Source: the human T2T-CHM13v2.0 reference genome, Homo sapiens
Assembly (NCBI RefSeq): GCF_009914755.1
Contig: NC_060939.1
Length of the DNA stretch: 64,000 nucleotides
Strand: one strand, 5' to 3'
Shown one piece after another: positions 58,666 to 64,000 of this stretch. Position 1 is the first letter of the stretch. The number at the start of each line of letters is the position of its first letter. The notes below the pieces were generated by a model that saw nothing but the letters and a program-made list of their open reading frames with translations, searched no databases and was not told the DNA's origin. Position numbers and translations under genes: made by a program.

Positions 58666-59254
58666 CTGAAAAGCAATAACAAGTACAGATTTATAGTAAA
58701 CAATAAAATATAAAAAAGTAATTTCATTTTGTTCATAATAATGTACAGAAAAACACTATAGTTTTTTCATTCGTGCATGCAACAAACATTTTGAATGCTT
58801 ACTGTGTGCTAAATATAATGCCAGGTATGAATTTTTCTTTGGGTAGAATACTGTGATAGTCTCCTCTAACCTATTAATGAAGTTTTATGCATCTTATTTC
58901 ATAAAGGCTACAATCTGTTAACATTAGCTTTGCAGCACTCTATACTTAAGCTGTCTACCAAAAAAATTTATCAGAATACCTGTCCTCTGACATATGATAT
59001 GGGCATATATAAGAAAAACAAAGGTTTAGGTCATTCAATCACTTCAGCATTTATTAATCATCAGATAATTCATTTATTAATTATGCTAACAGAGATGAGA
59101 AGGAGTTGGTCCCAATTTATGTTTTCATAGCTAGTATTTATTGAGCACTTACTATGTATTAGGCACTGTTCTAGGTGCTTCAGTTCCTCACAACAAACCT
59201 GTGATATATCTAAAGTAAACATTTAGACATGTAAGAAAGTTAGGATAAACTTAC

Positions 59255-59484
59255 AACTGATCTTCTTCATAGATCTTCCTAACAATTTCATCAATCATGA
59301 GTTTCTCTTTTAGCAGCTGCTCATAAGCTTCCTGCTTTTTTTTTTCTTGTTCTTCAAGTTGTTTCTCTAAGTCAAGATAGTACTGTGCTTTCGCTTTGTT
59401 TCGTTTGTCTTCTGCAGCATTCTCTTCCTTTATTATTCTCTTGTGTTCTTCCATCATGGTTTTGGCTATTTCAGCATCACGTTT
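59255..59484 (-). CDS. MNS1: MNS1 coding exon (KRDAEIAKTMMEEH...IYEEDQL)
   Basis: taacAG acceptor and TT|GTAAGT donor. 230 nt; ORF-track 59251..59457. Confidence 0.95.
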
Positions 59485-60467
59485 CTGTTATTAAAACAAA
59501 ATTGATCTTTCCGTTTTCAAATTTGAACATAGTACGATAGTATATTTTACACCAATGTTATTGAATATTATAAAGTCTTTTACATAAAATAAATTTTTTC
59601 ATCTGTCTAGGTTAAAAAGCAAAAGTAAGTTATTATTACCTGAAGGGTGTGAACAATAAGTCAGACCCTAAAGCAGCTTTCCTATCCCTTCAAGTAGCTC
59701 TCTCAGGACAATACCTGATAAGGATTATTAATAACTCCACATTCAAAAAACAATGAATACAATTGTAAGTAGTTTCTTAATAACTATTTAGCTGCTAAAG
59801 CAGTCATTATCTTATTATTCTATTTATAAACTGAGCTAGGCAATTTTCATCGTTTTTAGCTTCATTGTTTATCAGCTGCTATTTAAAGATGGTACTGCCT
59901 CTTTCTTACCGGTCTGCTATTAAATGGCTTTGAGCAGCTCTTAAGTTTCTCCTAGCCTAAACTTTCTTTCCTGCCATTGGCCCTTGACGTTTCCCCTTTC
60001 TGATTTATTAAAGGCCCTTTATCTGAAAAGAATCACAGATGCTACTGTGCCTATTTTCTACAGCTTTTAATTCACTCAAGACCATTCCCATTGTCAAGAG
60101 ACAATCTTTCTTCTTGGATGGGTTAAACCCCTTATTTCTTTTGAGCATTTTTCAAATCATTTAATAAAATAAGTTTTAAATGAAATATACTGAGGCAATT
60201 TTTTAAACTACGCTTTACTTTTATGATCACATCCCGAATGATGGAATGGTCAGCAGCATCAAACATAAAGAGTAAACAGATTAAAATATGAATACTGAAT
60301 GTCATTCCTGACGTCACTGAAGCCTTTAACATATACTCTGATAATATGACTTGACCAAAAATGTTTCTGATTATCTTCTTTGTACATGCTATACTAAATT
60401 CTTTATTAAAAAATGAGATGACAATAACATTTATGTGTAGATTACCACACACTTACCGAAAACAATG

Positions 60468-60540
60468 TTCTCATTTTACAGATAAGAAAACTAAGGCTCA
60501 GAGAAAAAGCCAAAACTAGTACTTGCATGACACCTAGTCA
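60468..60540. mobile_element. MIR core fragment
   Basis: ctcattttacagataagaaaactaaggctcagaga. Confidence 0.7.
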
Positions 60541-61651
60541 AGTCCTAGTAGTATTCGACTTTCATTTTGTGGATCAATTTTTATTTGGAAAATAGCAGCA
60601 ATTCTCGTAGGAGTCAGATTAAAACGTCTACAACTACCTTGAATAACTTCAACTATCAGGATAATTAAAACTGCAAACCACTGGACAAACAGGACATTGT
60701 TTGTGCTACTTTCTTTTTCAAAGGACAGCGCTATATGGCTTAGCAAATGAAGTCTCTCCACCTTTTCTTATCACCTGCCACACCTAAAGGTATTCCTGTT
60801 AACAGCATGCTGTGTACCCGCTAGACATTTTCTATACTAACACAATTGTACACACGCAACACACACATATATGTGTCATTTATGGTATCTATTCTTAATT
60901 GATACCCATATTGCACTGCACTGGTTAAGTATTTTGATATCACCCCATAAGAGTGTGTGTGTGTGTACATATGTTTATGTGGACATACACAATAGATATG
61001 TATGTGTATATAAACATTCATATATAATTGGCCCTTCTGTTTGATAATGAGAGCTCAAGGGATGATGTGCACCCTTTTAATTAACTGTTAATTCAGTAAA
61101 CCCTATTATATATTCATACAGCAAAGCACTCCTAGTGAGTATGCCTGAGATTCCTTTGCCCAAGAGTAACTCTTATCTTCAACTTGGTACCATATCAGGA
61201 GTTAGAAAAGGGGATAAAAGCAGAGAGAAACATGAGAAAAAGAGATGGCTTTTATAAAACTGGAAAGTTTCCTACATAAAATTATCAAGTAGTTTACTCT
61301 TAAAAACATTTAAATAATTAAAAATTTCATAACATTCTAAAATACACTTATCATGGTAACAATTTGTACTGTACTACTTTGTCAGTGAATAATCAGTTAG
61401 AGACTATAAAGAATGCTGGGAGTTACTGAATATAGCTGGTCATTCTAAGCAGCAATGTGTTTCTGAAAGGCTCTAATATTAAAAATGAAATCACGCAGGA
61501 TTTTCTACATCTTAAGGATCTGAAAATTTACAAATATTTAAGAAATCTAGCAGTGTAAATTCTTTATACAATATGACAATTTTTTAAGAAACAAGTCTAA
61601 TTTTTATTTTCTAAATGAAGCTAAAAACATAATGACCAGAAACATGATTAC

Positions 61652-61754
61652 CATTTGTTCATATTTAATGGCATCCTTTTCAGCAATCTGAGCTGCCCTT
61701 TCTTTATTCATGTAAGCTGCTTTTAATTTCTTCTCCAATTCTCTAAGCTCAATG
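61652..61754 (-). CDS. MNS1: MNS1 coding exon (SIELRELEKKLKAAYMNKERAAQIAEKDAIKYEQM); upstream exons lie outside the window
   Basis: ttttttaaacAG acceptor and ATG|GTAATC donor. 103 nt; ORF-track 61604..61795. Confidence 0.95.
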
Positions 61755-61929
61755 CTGTTTAAAAAAACAAAAACAAATTTAAATGTTAGGACCATAAGAG
61801 AATGAAAACCTCACAGAAAACTGAGTAACTGTATTTTTAATTTACTCAAAGAGGGAATACAGCGGGTATTATTTTAGATCCATAGGAGAAATAATTCATT
61901 ATATTTAATGGATGCCTTTAGGGCATTAG

Positions 61930-63864
<1,935 letters not shown>

Positions 63865-64000
63865 TATTTGTAGATGCTTTTGGATGTTCTACACATACAA
63901 TCATATCATCTGTGAATAATTAAATTTTTATTCCTTTAATGCCAATCCTAGCACCTGTCTTTGCTTTTTCTTGCCCTATTGCACTGATTAGTATGTATAA

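Overview
This is primate DNA, very probably human: AT-rich, full of Alu, L1, L2, MIR and MaLR repeats, with no CpG island. It holds the 3' parts of two convergent, spliced coiled-coil genes. TEX9 (+ strand) has 8 coding exons from 3293 to its stop at 43251. MNS1 (- strand) has 7 coding exons from 61754 to its stop at 43908. Every exon has GT/AG boundaries and consistent phase; gene names come from my recognition of the translated proteins. The two stop codons are 656 nt apart, with back-to-back AATAAA signals only 78 nt apart. Most other ORFs in the track are fragments of decayed L1, Alu or LTR elements. I found no prokaryote-type novel system. The most unusual signals are DNA-repair or retrotransposition scars. 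(1) A ~99% identical 310-bp copy of an ancient L1M fragment from 9.3 kb away sits in a fold-back, AT-rich patchwork (27965-28516). (2) A 2.8-kb L1PA internal fragment with no 3' end, poly(A) or TSD replaces part of an older L1 (50875-53692). It carries snap-back micro-insertions and shares four apparently non-consensus alleles with the full-length L1 about 34 kb away. (3) That full-length L1PA is nested in an Alu, which is nested in a MIR. (4) There is also a twin-primed L1, an internally deleted THE1 provirus, a 5S rRNA fragment and a recent 104-bp tandem duplication. Repeat subfamily calls are by eye from remembered consensus sequences, and boundaries of old repeats are approximate.
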